A DNA stretch of 64,000 nt from Octopus vulgaris (taxonomy: Eukaryota): NCBI GenBank assembly GCA_951406725.2, contig OX597816.1:127472001-127536000 (forward strand), given 5' to 3'. Position 1 is the stretch's first letter. The number at the start of each line of letters is the position of its first letter. A model generated the notes under the pieces. It had not been told where the DNA came from. It saw only the letters and a list, made by a program, of their open reading frames with translations, and made no database searches. Position numbers and translations under genes: made by a program. Of this stretch, positions 38,849 to 54,125 are shown piece by piece.

Positions 38849-39614
38849 ATATATATATAGATACCTACAGATATGTATATACAGATATATAGAGAGAAAC
38901 AGACACAGACAGACAGACAGATGTGTATATACAATCATATATATAAATATATAATGACAGCAACTGAAAACCAAAAGAAGAAATGATTCACTATCACTAA
39001 AATGTGATAAATAGTGCCGTTAGCACTATTATAGCTAGAAATAAGAGTCAAAGAACTCTATAGCCACGAAAGCACATTTTCTATGTACTAACAGGGGAGA
39101 CAACCTTCTCACCACAACTGAGAGGTATTAGGTTGGCAAACCAACTTTGCATGAAATTTAATACTCATCAGTAAGGTTTACATTGTGGGTGGTGAATTTA
39201 AATTCTACCCCATCAGTATATATATAGTGATTTTACCATAGGAATCAATGGCTGATTCTAAAAAATGGTAATGTGAAAATTATAAAATGATGAAGACAGC
39301 TAGACACAATTCAAAACCGAAAAGGAAATAAATCACAGAAGCTCCTTTATTGGCTTTTCTTTTTGTTTACCGGATGAGATAGACATGTCTGGCCATATTC
39401 TCCTTCAAAAGATAAATTACTTATTCAATAAATAAAATTCAATGAAATAAGTACCAGAATGAAATAAGTTTCAGTGTCACTATCATCCCCTAAAACCCCT
39501 AAACTGAGTGTCCCAGCATGGCTATAGTTCAGTAGCTAAAGTCAGTAAAAAATTACATGAATAAAATAAGCTTATGATTACCCTTCCAACAACAAACTTA
39601 TAAGAAAAATTGCA

Positions 39615-40190
39615 ATCATCATCATCGTTTAACGTCTGTTTTCCATGCTAGCATGTGTTGGACTGTTCGACCGGAGTCTGGGAAACCAGGAGGCTGCACC
39701 AGGCTCCAGTCTCATCTGGCAGTGTTTCTACAGCTGGATGCCCTTCCTAACACCAACCACTCCGTGTGCATGTTGGGTGCTTTTTATGTGCCATTGGTAC
39801 AGGGGCCAGAGGAGGTTGGCAAATGGCCATGATCAGTTGGTGCTTTTACATGTCACCAACACAGATGCCAGTCAGGCGGCGCTGGCATCTGCCATGTTCA
39901 GACAGTGCTTCTTACGTGTCACCGGCATGGGTATCTTAACTACAATTTCCATTTGATTTATATTTTGATGTTGGTGTTGACGTACTTGACTCAATAGGTC
40001 TCCTCAAGAACAGTGGGTCACTCTACGATCCAAGGTTAGCACAGCAGGCTGTCCTGCGAGCTACGAACTCACTTCATTTGTCGGGTCTACACAGTCACAG
40101 CATATCTCAGAGGTCTCAGTCTTCATCATTTCCTCTGTGAGGCCTTACGTGCCACTGGCACGGGTATCACAACTACAATATCCATATGAA
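39615..40190 (-). mobile_element. RTE-3'-tail retroposon copy
   Basis: CATCATCATCGTTTAACGTCTGTTTTCCATGCTAGCATG end; CACAGCATATCTC..AGGTCTC homologous to 59420-59450. Confidence 0.75.
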
Positions 40191-42492
40191 TCTTTAATTA
40201 TAATACAAGAATACATTTAGATCTATTTAATCACATCTCATTTAATAATATGTTATTCACATTAAATTGAGAAACTCCAATTTAACTTTATGTATCAGTT
40301 GGTTACTCTTTCTCATAAATAGATGAAATTTTATTATTTTTGACTCAGTTTTCATATTTTATTCAAAAGTTTGATGAAAGTATTATCACCAAACAATTTT
40401 CATCCTGGACCTGATATTTCATTTATAATTTGTAGTTATTGTAAAGTTTTACTCTTTACTTCTTAGGTTTCAGTTTATTTTATTTTATTCTATTTCATTA
40501 CTGGCTTCAGAGGATGTAGCTATCTAGCATCAAAGCTAGCAATAACACAGAACACATTCAAGTAAAACACATTCAAGTAAAAATTGCTCAAAAATAATAA
40601 GCCTAGAGAAAACTTTATACTGTGCAGATAATATAGCTAAATGATAAAATAAACTGTGAATAGAGTAATTTACTAAATAAAACTTTTGCTTAAGGTCACA
40701 TTAAGTTAACTTGATCCTTGAATATTTTAAATCTTTAAGAGTAATTAGTTATCTAAAATGTTTCCATTTTAGTTTTTATATATTTTTTTTAGTATATATA
40801 TAACTTTCAGTTAAATATTGTGCCTTAGGTTGAACAGGGTTAACTGGTTTGCCCCAAAGTAATTTTTAATACTATCAACTATATGTCTAAAGCTAAGGTG
40901 TTTCTGTGTATCTTTGAAATAATCTCAAGTAAATATTATCAAAAAGTATAGCTGGCATTTTAGATAATATAAACTACTGACAGAGTTCTGTCTGCTAGCT
41001 CAAGTTTATCAGCCTCTCCACTCACATTGCTATTAACTGAATCATTTTTAAGTACTAGTGTTATGATAACAAGTGTATTTCTTTCTTGCGGTTTAGATAT
41101 GTTTATAAATACACAGAATCCAAATGTAATATTGCTCTATGTTAATCATTCATATCTTGGTTTTCTAAAATTTATAATTTGTTAGACCTTACATTAACAT
41201 TTAATTTGGTTTATAATTATTGCTTCCAAGAATGTTACTTATTCATTGTTTATAATATAATGTTAGAAGCCATCCTTGATAATAGACTTTTTAGCTATAA
41301 ACAGAGTCTTTCAACGCTGTATAAATTCTTAGAATTCTAGATCAACTAAAACTTAAACAAAAAAAGAATTAGATTTAGAAATCAGCAACAACTATGAATA
41401 GAAATAATTATCCTTCATGAAATTTAAAACAAGACTGACATGGAGTTTTACATGTTGACATGTGCAATGTTCTTGTTTTGAATCAATTTGTTGTATCTAG
41501 TAAGTGCATCCAGCTTTTAACACAATTGCTTATTCAGTGCAGGTTTCACTGCAAGAACAACATGCAGTCTAAGCTTGGAATTCAGTGATTGGACTTGTAG
41601 CAAGTGGCCTTGACCTTATCTTCAAGATCACTTTACCTCACTTTTGTTTTGTCAAGATAAAAGTTTCTTTGAAATTCTTTTCTTTCAATAATCAGTAAAC
41701 CGCTACGGTTATTTTTGAAAATTATATTGATATTTAATTCATTACAAATTATATGATTTTAAATTCATTGTGGCTTATTTATACATGGTTTCATGTATTG
41801 TTTATTCTTTCCCTATTTGCCACTACACATGATCTTCAAAAAAATTTTAGAATTACAGCTTTAATACAAGTGGCAAGAAATCTTCAGTAGTTTAGATCCA
41901 AAATTGTCTGATATTAACATTCAAAGGTATACTTACAAATGCACGTGAGCCATTAACACATTTCAAAGTAAGCATAGCAGAAAAACCAAAAAAGCAATTA
42001 AAGACAATATAAAAATAAACAATGTACAATGTTGTTGTAAACCAATCAAGCAAGGTTTCTATGTTAATTTAGAAAGCTACTCAGATTTCAAAAGGAAAAC
42101 AAAGAATAATGTTAGATTACATGGAATAAAGATTGAATCCTACATCCAGATGTAAAGATAACAAAAATAAAATCAGTGGTTTAAATACTAAAGAGAAATA
42201 GACTAAAAGCTTCTTCATTTCTTTTGATCTGAAGATGACACTTACAACTAATGATAAATATCTAAGATGGTAGCTGCATTGTACATTACATTTCTTGCTA
42301 GTAGTAATCACCACAAAAGTGTTTATCATTCAGCAATGCTACCACATTTCAAACATCTTTGATGCCATCAGTTTGAAGCTATGTAAATGCCATATATAAA
42401 CACTATAATTACCAGCCCTCAACTTCCTAATGCTCAGTTAAGATATATTATTTGAAAATAGAATGTTCATAAGTCATATATCAAATACATTT

Positions 42493-42494
<2 letters not shown>

Positions 42495-42548
<54 letters not shown>
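42495..42548. repeat. (TA)n microsatellite
   Basis: Seen directly. Confidence 0.95.
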
Positions 42549-42551
<3 letters not shown>

Positions 42552-45500
42552 TGTATGTTCTCCAATGGTGTCTATTCAGATTTTACTTTTTATCATTAAC
42601 AAAGCAGACATGCAAGGAATAAAATTAATATTTTTATGCAGTAATAACACTGCTAGATATGTTTACCATTACATACTGTATGAGTAGACTTCAGTAAAAT
42701 ATAGATTTTAAACCGTTTTTTGAGTCTGCTCCCACACTCAAACACATTCTCAATTTTCTGTAGATGTATGCCTGATAAATACATAATTACTATAAATCTC
42801 TTTCCGAGTTTATTTGTTTAGCTCAGGTGGCCAATGCCTTTCACTAAAACCTTCTAAATCTACTACCATTTTTGACAAAACTAGAACTCTTGCATTTTTA
42901 CTCCTTGAAGTCTAACTGCTGTTAAAGAATGAACTTCAGAAAACCAACACTTATTATTACCAAGAATGTGGCAAATCAAATACACAGTCTCGTTATGTTA
43001 ACCATAGCTTTACTTTATTCATCAAAGGTATCAATCATTTCCAAACCAGCTGTCAAGGTTATCATTATTTGAATAATCAGTGACAGGAACAAAAGAACAA
43101 TTCAAGGGTTATTTTCTCAAATGTATTCATTATGGCATTACATTATAACTGTATATTACAATTCCCAACCAATAAATACTTTATTAATATTTTTTTAAAG
43201 AGGTTTTAAATAAAGTTTGGTGTGAATTATTAAATTTTTTCTTAATATGTTGTGATATTTCTTTGACAAAGACACATAACAATTGCAATTTACAATTCCT
43301 GTATTACCAATAACAAAAATGATTGATTTCTCTTGGCACATTAAACAGCTGTGATATTTAGTTATATTTTCTACATCTTTTATAAGAATATGTTAAGTGT
43401 GCTAAATTTATTCTTCATTTTGAGTGTGACCGTTCGTTACCATAGATTTGTTTGCATTGATCACAAACCAGGACAAAGCACCAATTGCTGCAAGCACATA
43501 TTGGCTTATTACCTCTCCTTCAAAAGATCATTTATCTGACAGGATCATTCATCTCTCAACTTCTTACAACCTGCGGACAACTACTTACAAACTATTTATC
43601 ACAATTTCAATTTTATTTCAACAACAAACATAATCTCACTATTTATAAATAAAATGATAGAACTGTGTTTTATCTATATACACTTAATTAATAAAATCAA
43701 ACTCTAAGAGACAGTTGTTAATTATAACTGAGAAATTATTAATTTATAATATTTGGATTTTACAGTTACTATTGCAAGGTTTCTTCAAATTTCATTTAAA
43801 TAAAATATATGCAGTAAATTACAATTGACCACTTTTGTCCAGTTTATTCAGGGCTTGAGTGAAGCTTCTTTGAAGAAAATATATTCATTTATATTCTTTT
43901 ACCTATAAAGTTTTCTGTTTTTTATTATTATTTGTTTAAAAGAATAAAATTGTATATGGACTATTCACTTCCCCTTCAATTAGTGTTCTTGCATCAGCCT
44001 TATACTTCAATCTATGCAGTTTCTTATATGATTAGTAATTATTTCCTTTGCCTTTAAGTCATAATTTCAGAGAAAAACATAAAATACAATGATTTCACTT
44101 ACATGATTTATTCATAAATATGAAAATTAACTTGGCAGATATTATTAAAAAGCAGAATTTTTGTAAAATTATTTAAAATATCGATATAAAGTATTTCATT
44201 AATCAATAATACATTGTAGATTTGTCAATAGGTATTGTATTTTGATCTATAATCCGTCATATCTTAGAAACAATGATTATGTTGAAACAGAACATGGGAA
44301 AAAAGGTTGTTTTTAACAATGTTCTCCATTTTTAATATTTTATTTTATTACCAGTCTTGTCAAAAGTGATTGTTGTAAAAGTTGTTGTTTTAAAACTGCC
44401 AACCAAAGTCAACTAAAACAATTCCTGTTTTTTTTTCTCTATTTATTTGTTGTTGTAGTTGTTTTTTAAATGCATGCTAGTATTGATGAAAATTGTGGTT
44501 AAATCAGCCATCAATTCATATTGATATATCAGAGCAAATAATCCAATATCTGTTTGAAATACAAATATTAAATTCCCAAAGCAACAAAGCCATATCTCTT
44601 TGAAGAAATCAACATGCATTATTTATATTTAACAAAAGCAACTTGTTTTAATGCTCAAGTTGTTCTTTGGCCTATATATGCTAGAGGAACAAAAGTAATA
44701 ACAACTGTCTTAACATACAGAAAGTAAATCAGAACAATGTTTTCATTTCTTTTAGTATTTTTTTTTTGTTTTATAATTTTTTTCTTCTCTAATTCAGTAC
44801 AGGAATATCAGTTTTTGAATGGAAGCTTGTTTCATTCCTTCACCAACCACAAAGGCTGACAATATAATATTTAGTTATGAGAAATATGTCAATCAAGTAC
44901 CTATGCATAAGATTGATGAATTTGATACACTTTGATATTGCTGATCTTCTATACTGCTTATGGCCAAAGTCAATATAAAATCTAATATCAATTGCAAGAC
45001 ATTAATAAATTGTTGACCAAATACACCATTAGATATCATGAGACAGCAGATTAGTTTCAGGGAAAATAGCCATCTTCCAACAAGAAGCAGCAGCTTTAAT
45101 CCCATTTTACAATTGAAATCAAGTATGCAAACGTGTTTGTTTTCCATTCATGAAGTGGCAATGGAATAACAATAAAATCTTTCAATAGAATCTGTTTTAC
45201 TACTCTTGTAGCTGAAGAACCTACCTCAGTCTCCAGTACTTGTATATCTGTGACAGCGCTTTGTTATTTTAGTTTTCTCTTCCACAGTAAACTGAGGTTG
45301 TATCAGTTAAAATCTGAACTACTTTGTTTTGCACATTTCTTCTTTTACCTTTTTCATAGAACTTAACTGCTTTCAATTTAAGTATATTTATCAAAGAATT
45401 TTCTTCTACATTTACTTTTCTCTGCAAAGCATTCTCTGAACAAGATTTCAGAGTGTTATTTTATTTATTAATTATATTATTTGTATCTTGAAGATATAAC

Positions 45501-45959
45501 AGTAGAAACCAATCTAGTTCTCAAGGATAATTATTTGATGTGTCAAAAAAATATTTATGTTCTTCTTAACATACACTCAGAAGGTAATATTTTTACTTGC
45601 ACATTGATTAGACCACAATTTAAAATTTCTCATTCTGTATATTATTTTATTTTATACTGTTATAAAGTAACATTAAAATCAAGCCTAAATACTTATTTAT
45701 TATCGATGGTATTGTGATGAATGAAGACAAATGATTGACTTTTCATGATCAGAGGTACCAAACACTGTGCTATTGACTACAAGAATGAATGAATAGGAGT
45801 TGTGCTATTCTTGTTTCGATACAGATATACAATTGTATATACATATTTGCTCATGAAGATATGCCTAAACATAGATATAAATACTACATATAGACACAGA
45901 TGCACACACATATACATATTTATCATACATATGTGAGTGTGTGCATGTGTGTGAATACT

Positions 45960-46310
45960 GGCATGGTTGTGTAGTTTACTTCACAACCACTTGGTTTTGG
46001 GTTCAATCCCACCTCACAGCATCTTGGACAAATATCTTCTACTATAGTGCTGGGTAACCATTGTTCTGTGGGCAGATTTGGTAAATGAAAACTATGTACA
46101 AACCTCTGTGTGTGTAGGGTGGGTGTGCATGCGTGTGCATGTATGCATGCATGTGTGTGTGAGTGCATGCTTGTGTTTGTCTCTTGACAAGTGGTATGCT
46201 ATCGTTTATGGGCCTATCTCTTAGTAGCTGAGCAAAAAGAATGATAGAATAAATACCAAATATTAAAATGCAAGTGCTGGTGGAGAGTTCATTGACTGAA
46301 CACCTTCGGG
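45960..46310 (+). mobile_element. tRNA-derived SINE with internal (TG)n
   Basis: GGCATGGTTGTGTAG A-box-like, GGGTTCAATCCC B box, then CTTGGACAAATATCTTCTACTATAG. Confidence 0.65.
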
Positions 46311-46436
46311 TAAATAATGAAGTTTTTGATCAAGTGAGGAGATTAATCATCAAGTAATTGGCTCTTGTGTATTTCTGAGATGTGAAATTAAGTTGCTGGT
46401 TCTAATTGATTTATGAGAAGAGTAGATGCAAAAAGT

Positions 46437-46735
46437 GGAGTCGCAATGGCCCAGTGGTTAGGGCAGCAGACTCACAGTCGGAGGATCACGGTTTCGATTC
46501 CCAGAACAGTCGTTGTGTGTGTTTATTGAGCGAAAACACCTAAAGCTCCATCAGGGGATGATGGTGACCCCTGTTGAACTCTTTTACCCCAACTTTCTCT
46601 CACACTCTCTTCCTGTTTCTTGAGTAACGCTGCGATGGACTGGTGTCCCGTCCAGCTGGAGGAGAACAAATACGCCACAGAAACTGAGAAACCAGGCACA
46701 TGAGCCTGGCTAGGCTTGAAAAGGGCACATGAAGA
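46437..46735 (+). mobile_element. Well-preserved tRNA-derived SINE
   Basis: A box TGGCCCAGTGG, B box GGTTTCGATTCC, 3' part CTGCGATGGACTGGTGTCCCGTCCAG, short GAA tail. Confidence 0.8.
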
Positions 46736-47809
46736 AAAAGATACAAAAATCTAACTGCATGAGTGAATATATCAATAACAATAGAGGTCCATCTAAGGGA
46801 GTGAACAAACAAGAGGAAATAGTACTCAACATATTTCAAAGAAACTTAATGTGTTTGATAACATTCAGTTTGACACAGTGCCACATAAGTCAAAATTTCA
46901 TGGGTATGTAGGACACATTCAGTTTGTTAGATGTTCAAAGAAAGAGTAGAGAGTTTGAAAGAAATTCAAAGCAGTTTCTAGGTGTTTAAGTTCTCTATTG
47001 GTCAGCTCAGGTTATATAGCTATAACACTATAAAAGTGACATTGATTATTTTTTTAGATCCATATATTATAGACAAGATGTTGGTACCACTTTGATGCTG
47101 AGTGTGGTATTTTCAAAACATCAATTTCTTGTATAGGGCGGTTAGGTAAGATGTTGAAGTCATTCAGTCATTCAGTAATCACTCAGCAGAGTAGGAACAC
47201 ATTAGTAACATTAGTCTTTACTTTTTAGATGCTATTAGGTTACAAATAAAGTTGCAAGTTCAACATTATAGACTATAGTCTATGTGAGCAGCAGGGATGT
47301 TATTCCTGCACATACTGATTAGGCTGCTGTAGCCAACAATAGGACAAATGAACTATTTTGTTGCTGCCACCAGAGGTACACCCCGTTAATGGACTTTAAA
47401 TTTTTGACTGATGACAGTCCAGGTATACCATGCAAGACCTAGCTGATCCACCAAGAAGGGCAAAGTATATGATGCCTGCTTCCCATTTAAAGTACAACCT
47501 GCCCGTGTTGGTCACATGATATCAAATGTAATCTAACACCATGGGAAAGGTTACTTCATGTAAAGAGGATGCTGTCAATAATATGTTCTTGGTACACTGA
47601 GTAATGAAAGAGAAAAAGCTGGTCAGGGCCAGGTAGGAATGTAGTTTTGTGGTGGGGATGGAGTTAAGAAGGGAGGAGTGAATGGGGGTGTATGTGTAGG
47701 TCTGTATATATATATATATATCTATCTGTCTGTCTGTCCATCCATCCGCCCGTCCGTATGGATGGATGAAAGAATGAATGCAAGCAAGTAAACACGTGAG
47801 ATGAAGTAC

Positions 47810-48212
47810 TGAAGGCTAATCTAAAAAATGCTGAACCTTACAAAGGAGATGACAGAGGGCTGAGATATGTGACACATTATTGTACTCAAGAAGACCTGCC
47901 CACCACAACAGAATTGAGATCCTAAAACCAAAGTGCCATGTAAAAAGCATTGGTGTGGGTGTTGGTGCCATGTATGAAGCACTGGTGCTGGTGCCATATA
48001 AAAACACTGGTGATGGTTTCATGTAAAAAGCACCCAGCACACCTGTGGCGTGTTTGGCGTTAGGAAGGGCATCGAGCCATAGAATCCAAGCCACAACAGA
48101 CTGTGGGGCCTGGTGCAGCCCCTGGCCTTGCCAATTCCTGTCAAGCCATCTAACACATGCCAGCATGGAAAATAGATGTTAAATGTTGATGATAATGGTG
48201 ACGATGATGATG
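47810..48212 (+). mobile_element. RTE-3'-tail retroposon copy
   Basis: Ends CATGCCAGCATGGAAAATAGATGTTAAATG(ATG)n; reverse orientation of the 58955 tail. Confidence 0.75.
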
Positions 48213-51200
48213 ATATATAGATGTGTGTGCATGCGCACACACACACACACACACACACACACGAGCGCATACACTTAGGAATTGCAATGGAAAATGTCAA
48301 GCAATCTAATTTGTTAAAATTTGAAAAAAATAGTTTTGAAAATTCTTTATATTGGAATCTAATCAAATATATATTATATTCATTAACAATGCTGTGCTGA
48401 AAATATGGACATCATTTATATTTTTTCTTATGTTATTTATTACCATATATATTCATATATAGAATGACAGTTATTTCTATATATTTGAGAGGGGTTTTTT
48501 TTGTAAAAGAACAAAAACGGAAAAAAAAATAATAAAAAGGAAAAGATAGAAACATAAAGTTACCATGGTTTGATTTATTCTTTTCCTAGAATTCACCTTT
48601 CTAGATTCAGTGATCTTTGATGAATTATAAGCCTTGAACAGTAGTAGTAAATGTCAGATTACCTTGTAAGAAGAATACTTATTAACAGTCGTAACATTCT
48701 GTTGAAGATGCTCCATACAAAAATATTAATTACAAAAGAAGAAACGTCATACATTGAAGAAGAAGTGTTTACTCTAAAAATTAAGTATTGGCTCTAATTA
48801 TCTGTAATTTGGTTACTTTGCAATAAAAACAAATAGTAAATTATGGTTCTTGAATCCTATGGATGTGTCTAAGAATAGCAGAATATCAATATGCAGGTGA
48901 ATCAGTAAATAAAAATTGAGTTCCCAACTAAGGATAACTATGATGATCTCCATGTATATCAAATTCAATCAATAAAGCACTGAAGTAACTATTTTTAACA
49001 TTTTTGCTTTAGTGTATTGAATTCATAACTAATAATGTTTTTTTAATCCTGACATTTTTATTAAAGACATTTTAAATGTCTCTACTAAATTGATTATAAT
49101 TAATTGCTTAGCATATTTATTGCCAGAAATAATTAGCATTGATTATGTAATTTGCATTATCACTACTGAAGGAGTGTGCTGAAAATTAACAAGCTTCATT
49201 ACTAACAATTTAAAAGTTTGTATATTGAGTGACACAGAAGACAAAATATTTAAAATATAACACTACTATATACAACTATATATACTATGTTTCCAGTAAA
49301 ACTGATTGAATATCAAATATGTTGAGTAACAGTTATAAGTGATATGAAAAATGTTCCAAAATGTTAGTATCTAAAATGTGTCTTAGAGATGATAAATGCT
49401 CAAAACAGCTAAATATTCTTGTATTTATTTTTAAAAACACTTGTGCTATTGCATATAATTCCATATGTCAATATATTCTTTAAAACTTGCTAGGTAGTAT
49501 GTAGTTCTTGTATCCTTGATAGCAATTATTAAACAATTTCCTTTCCAATATAAAATCTTGGGTTTAACTCCTTGGATTTGATTGTTGCATGAAATTTCAT
49601 TTTGACATAAACGCTTACAAGTGAAAAATTTTATACACCAAGAGATTTATTGTTACCTTACTGATTATATGTTTTGAAGAAGAAAAGAGCTGCATTTTTT
49701 ATGCCAATCTACTTGCTATGTGTGCAAGTCATGCATAGGAGAAATAACTTTTGATATGAACATCAGCTTCTAAATTGAATAAAGAGAATGCCAGCAACCA
49801 ACTAGAAAATAAATTATATATGGAATTCCAAGGTGCAGTGATATTTCTATAAAATATTTCAGTATACTATAATAGATTCTATAACATGGAGAGAAAAGCT
49901 GCTTTAAAATAAGCTTTATGTCTCTGACTGTAGGATTATCAATACTTGTGCTAGCATGACAATGGCTTTCTCGAACAATACTTGTAGTCCTTTTATATCC
50001 TTAGATTTCTTTCCTTTTGAGTTGTAGTTAGAATATATTTTGGTTCATTTAAGACCTGCGGTGGATATTCGGTTTAGAACTATGAAAAGCTGTGTGCCTA
50101 CTAAATTCTTATTTTGGGTTAAAACAGAGGAGCAATGCAATGATGCTTAACATACTTAGATATCATAAACAGCAGTCAATGTTTTTCTTTAGAACCCTTG
50201 AAACATTTAGTCATTTAGTTTAATGTCTAAATATAGAATTGCTACATGTATAAATTGCCAATATATAAAGATGCATGCATAGTTGTATCAGCACATGTTC
50301 TCAGTTCCATACACACAGCATGAATGCTACACTTACCATTATTCCCATTTATAACTGCATACATTCAAACACAATTATTCAATATTATTCCACCCACTTC
50401 TTTATGATTGCATACTTAACATCTTGCTGCTTTTTTTTTACATATTTTTTAATTATTTTTCTAAGGATAATCATTATTTCAATTTTACTTAAAGAATTTT
50501 TCTGTTTTCTGCAGTTTTTTTAATAATACTTACTCTACTTTTGCACTAAGAAATACCTCTGCTTTTCATTTCTGATTGTTTAATTAACTTCTGTAATATA
50601 CCATTGTGGAGAGAAGTAACATTCCTTCTAGAGAAAAGAATTCCCTTAATACCATATTACCTCAGCATTGTGGTATTTGTATATACAATACTGAAGAGAA
50701 TTCCTGATATATAACAAAAACCAGAGACAACACTGCAGCCAAATAAAATCTTTTGGATGCCATTGAGAAATACTACACACTTTATCATTTTTATGATTCC
50801 TCCATTGTTTTCTAAATACAAAGTTAAACTAATAATTATATTTCTAATGGATTTTATAAATTTAGTTCTATATTTGCAATGTTATACTGCTTCATCAAAC
50901 ACATACACATATCAAAACTAACATTCTTAAAAGAAAATGTCAGATAGATATCAAATTCATATTCTAATTTAAGAAAATTGATAAAAATTCTATGAAAAAT
51001 GTTGGCTTCTATTTTTGCTAATCATTTATTGATTCAATGTCATTTATTTTCTGATGTGAAAGATGCAAAAAAGGATATGTTACAGATTTCTTTTTAAACT
51101 GATATACATTTTCTCAATCCTGCATCATGTTATGTTATTTTCAAAACAAACATTCAGTGAACAGAAAAAATAAAAATTGCTATAAAGAAATATATAAAAA

Positions 51201-51372
51201 AATAATGGAATAAAATCTATTTTTATTTCTATATTTTACCAAGATAACTTCATTAATTCCAAAGACAATTTTTTATCAGCCCAGATAAAATATAAAAGTT
51301 ATTCCATAATGATTCCTACACTAGATGGTCATAAATTTTTGCTAGTTCATGTAAACCCATATTAATTATACT

Positions 51373-51692
51373 GGCATTCTGTTGGTTATGACGAGGGTTC
51401 CATTTGATCCAATCAACAGAACAGACTGCTTGTGAAATTAATGTGCAAATGACTGAGCATTCCACAAACATGTGTACCCTTAACATAATTCTCAGGGAGA
51501 TTCAGCATGACACAGAGTATGACAAGGCTGGTCCTTTGAAATACAGGTACAACTCTTTTTTTGCCAGCTAAGTGGAATAGAGCTACATGAAATAAAATGT
51601 CTTGTTCAAAGACACAACACACTGCTCGGAATCATACTCATGACCTTACAATTGTGAGCCGATTACCCTAACCACTAAGCCACACACCTTCA
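51373..51692 (-). mobile_element. tRNA-derived SINE with CORE-like central domain
   Basis: Minus strand TGGCTTAGTGGTTAGGG...GAGTATGATTCC...TGTTGTGTCTTTGAACAAGACATTTTATTTC. Confidence 0.75.
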
Positions 51693-52274
51693 TCCCATGT
51701 TAATTAAACAGTAAATACATGAAATCCTAACTTCAATATTTTTCTCATTATATGTATAAAATAACTGAAGAATTCAAAATTTTATTTGTATGCTTAATTT
51801 ATTTCAAAAGTATAATTTTTAATACAAATGCTAAAGAGATTTATTTGTGCCTAAGAATTTGTAATTTTTAATGCTAAGATATAAAACAATGAAAATGTAA
51901 AATAATAATTGTAAGACAACCAATTTGATAAGAATAAAAGGAAAATAACTTCATGACTAGCATTAAGGAATTATACTATGAGCCTTGGTAGCTAGAAGTA
52001 TTTAGCAATTTATAAACAAGTCCATACAGTGTACACTTTTCTAAATATAATGAAATTTAAAGATGATTAATGCTAGCACTTGGAAGCTACATACTAGAGG
52101 GGCAATTAAGTTGTAATTAGTCATGTTTTACATAATTACATATTTGGTATTTCTTATATGTAATCATGTGAGCACATAAAGGTTTGGTTTCTGTACTCAT
52201 ATCCACATGCATAGGTAAAATACAACCCTCTGGTTTTCTTTAGCTCTCAAAATACAAGTAAGGTTAAAAGAAGG

Positions 52275-52277
52275 CAC

Positions 52278-52349
<72 letters not shown>
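52275..52349. repeat. (CA)n microsatellite
   Basis: Seen directly. Confidence 0.95.
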
Positions 52350-52353
<4 letters not shown>

Positions 52354-52979
52354 GCACATGCACGTATGTGTGTGTTTTACAGAAAATAAAGTAAATTTTG
52401 AATGCAGGATTGCTGTGAAAACAGCCTAACAAACTGGGTAAATCCCCCAAGAAGACAGAAAAAAGTTGCCAGAAGGTGGCTACAGAGAATCAAACCCTGT
52501 ACCTCTCAGATACCAGCTGACTGCTGAGCACTTGGTATCATTAAGCTAAGCATCTTCTGTTCATAAAAAGCATTCTCATGTGTGTGTGATTGAATGCACT
52601 CAGCAAATGACAATCAATTCAGGTTTTTGTCTATTATTTTAATCACATTAAACTCTCTCTTGCACATTCACATGGGATCCTGTGCAGTCTGAAGTGGACT
52701 ATAATATAATATAAGAGTACATCAATGATGAAAGACAAAAGAACATAGACTTGAACATGGTACTCCTTTACTTCATCCATTACATGTGTTTCAGTATTCA
52801 GTATATATTCAGTGCACCTTAGTCAAAACTTCACAAACATAAATGCATATCTGAGCATTTCATATGTTATTGTTTTAAGATTTTAGAACCATAGTGTTTG
52901 AATTATCAAACATGATTTAATGTCTGTGCAACTTTGAAAAATGTGGATCTCAGTCCTAAGCTTTTAATACATATATTTC

Positions 52980-53555
52980 ATCTCCTGGTTCTGCCTCAAA
53001 CGATGTTAGAATTCCCCATGATATGATCTGCTTGATGCACTTTTAATCAAGTGTCAGAAGACATGACACTCACTGAACAAAAACTTTCATCATGCTAAGT
53101 TCATTGTGCAAAATACTCTCAACTCTCTCACTGGATATGCTAAGAGCATTGGCTATTTGGTTTATAGTCAGTCACCTGTCATCCATAACATTTACAGGAC
53201 ATCCAAACATTGGGTCATCTTTAAAACTCTCCCTTGCCCTCCTAAATTCAGCTGCCCATTTTTGCACTGTTGATAAAGCTGGAGCATCATCCCTTAATGT
53301 AGCAACCATTAAATCTCCTTGGGGGCTAAGTCCTTTTTTCTGCAGGTACTGCAATGCCTAATCACCACAATACCAGATGTTATCCATTTTCAAGAGAAGT
53401 CAATTTTGAAGTCTTTGAACAATCAGATGTCAGTTTACCTGGAAAGAAACGATGTAGTTATTAATAAAAAGGGCTGAAATTAATGTATGCAATATTTCAC
53501 AGCTCTAGTATCACTCCTTTACTAGTCAACACATGAACTATTGAGCTTATCCTTA
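52980..53555 (-). mobile_element. Mariner 5' fragment (HTH region of transposase)
   Basis: YLQKKGLSP...MVATLRDDAPALSTVQKWAAEFRRARESFKDDP...DDR*LTINQIANALSIS...ILHNELSM. Confidence 0.8.
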
Positions 53556-53919
53556 CAGTGAAGATCAATTTCAAGATTTTGAATCTCAATGAGATGACAA
53601 AAGATCAAGATGATTGGCAATATTCTGTGCTCAAGAAGATCTGTTTACCCCAGCAGAAATGAAATCCTAAAATCATACAATTTATGTCTATGCCCCATTC
53701 TCTGCTTGATAAACTTTGCCACACAATTCATCTTTCAAAAACCCATCCTCCTTTATCACTCTCCAAACAACAACACAACTCAGTTGCTGTAATTACATGA
53801 CTTCTTTCTGCGCTATCAGTTATTTCTCTCTTGGAATTTGTTCCTTTTGTTTCTTTTTCTACATTCTCATTGCCATTGCCATGAAAAAAAAAAGAAACAA
53901 CAGCCAGTATACTCTTTAC

Positions 53920-54070
53920 CATGGTTGGCATTAAAGAAGACACCCAAAACTAGGAACCATGCTAAAGCAGACATTGGAGCTCAATGCAGTCCTCTGGTTT
54001 GTCAGATCCTGTCAAATATCCAATCCATGCCAACATGGAAGATAGATATTAAATGATAATGAAGATGATG
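53920..54070 (+). mobile_element. RTE-3'-tail short copy
   Basis: GGTTGGCATTAAAGAAGACACCC...CCATGCCAACATGGAAGATAGATATTAAATGAT. Confidence 0.6.
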
Positions 54071-54079
54071 ATATTTTAT

Positions 54080-54125
<46 letters not shown>

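Noticed and set aside
46437-46510. Functional tRNA gene
   Set aside because: No paired acceptor stem, and it continues into a SINE body and tail; the same applies to the other tRNA-like heads.
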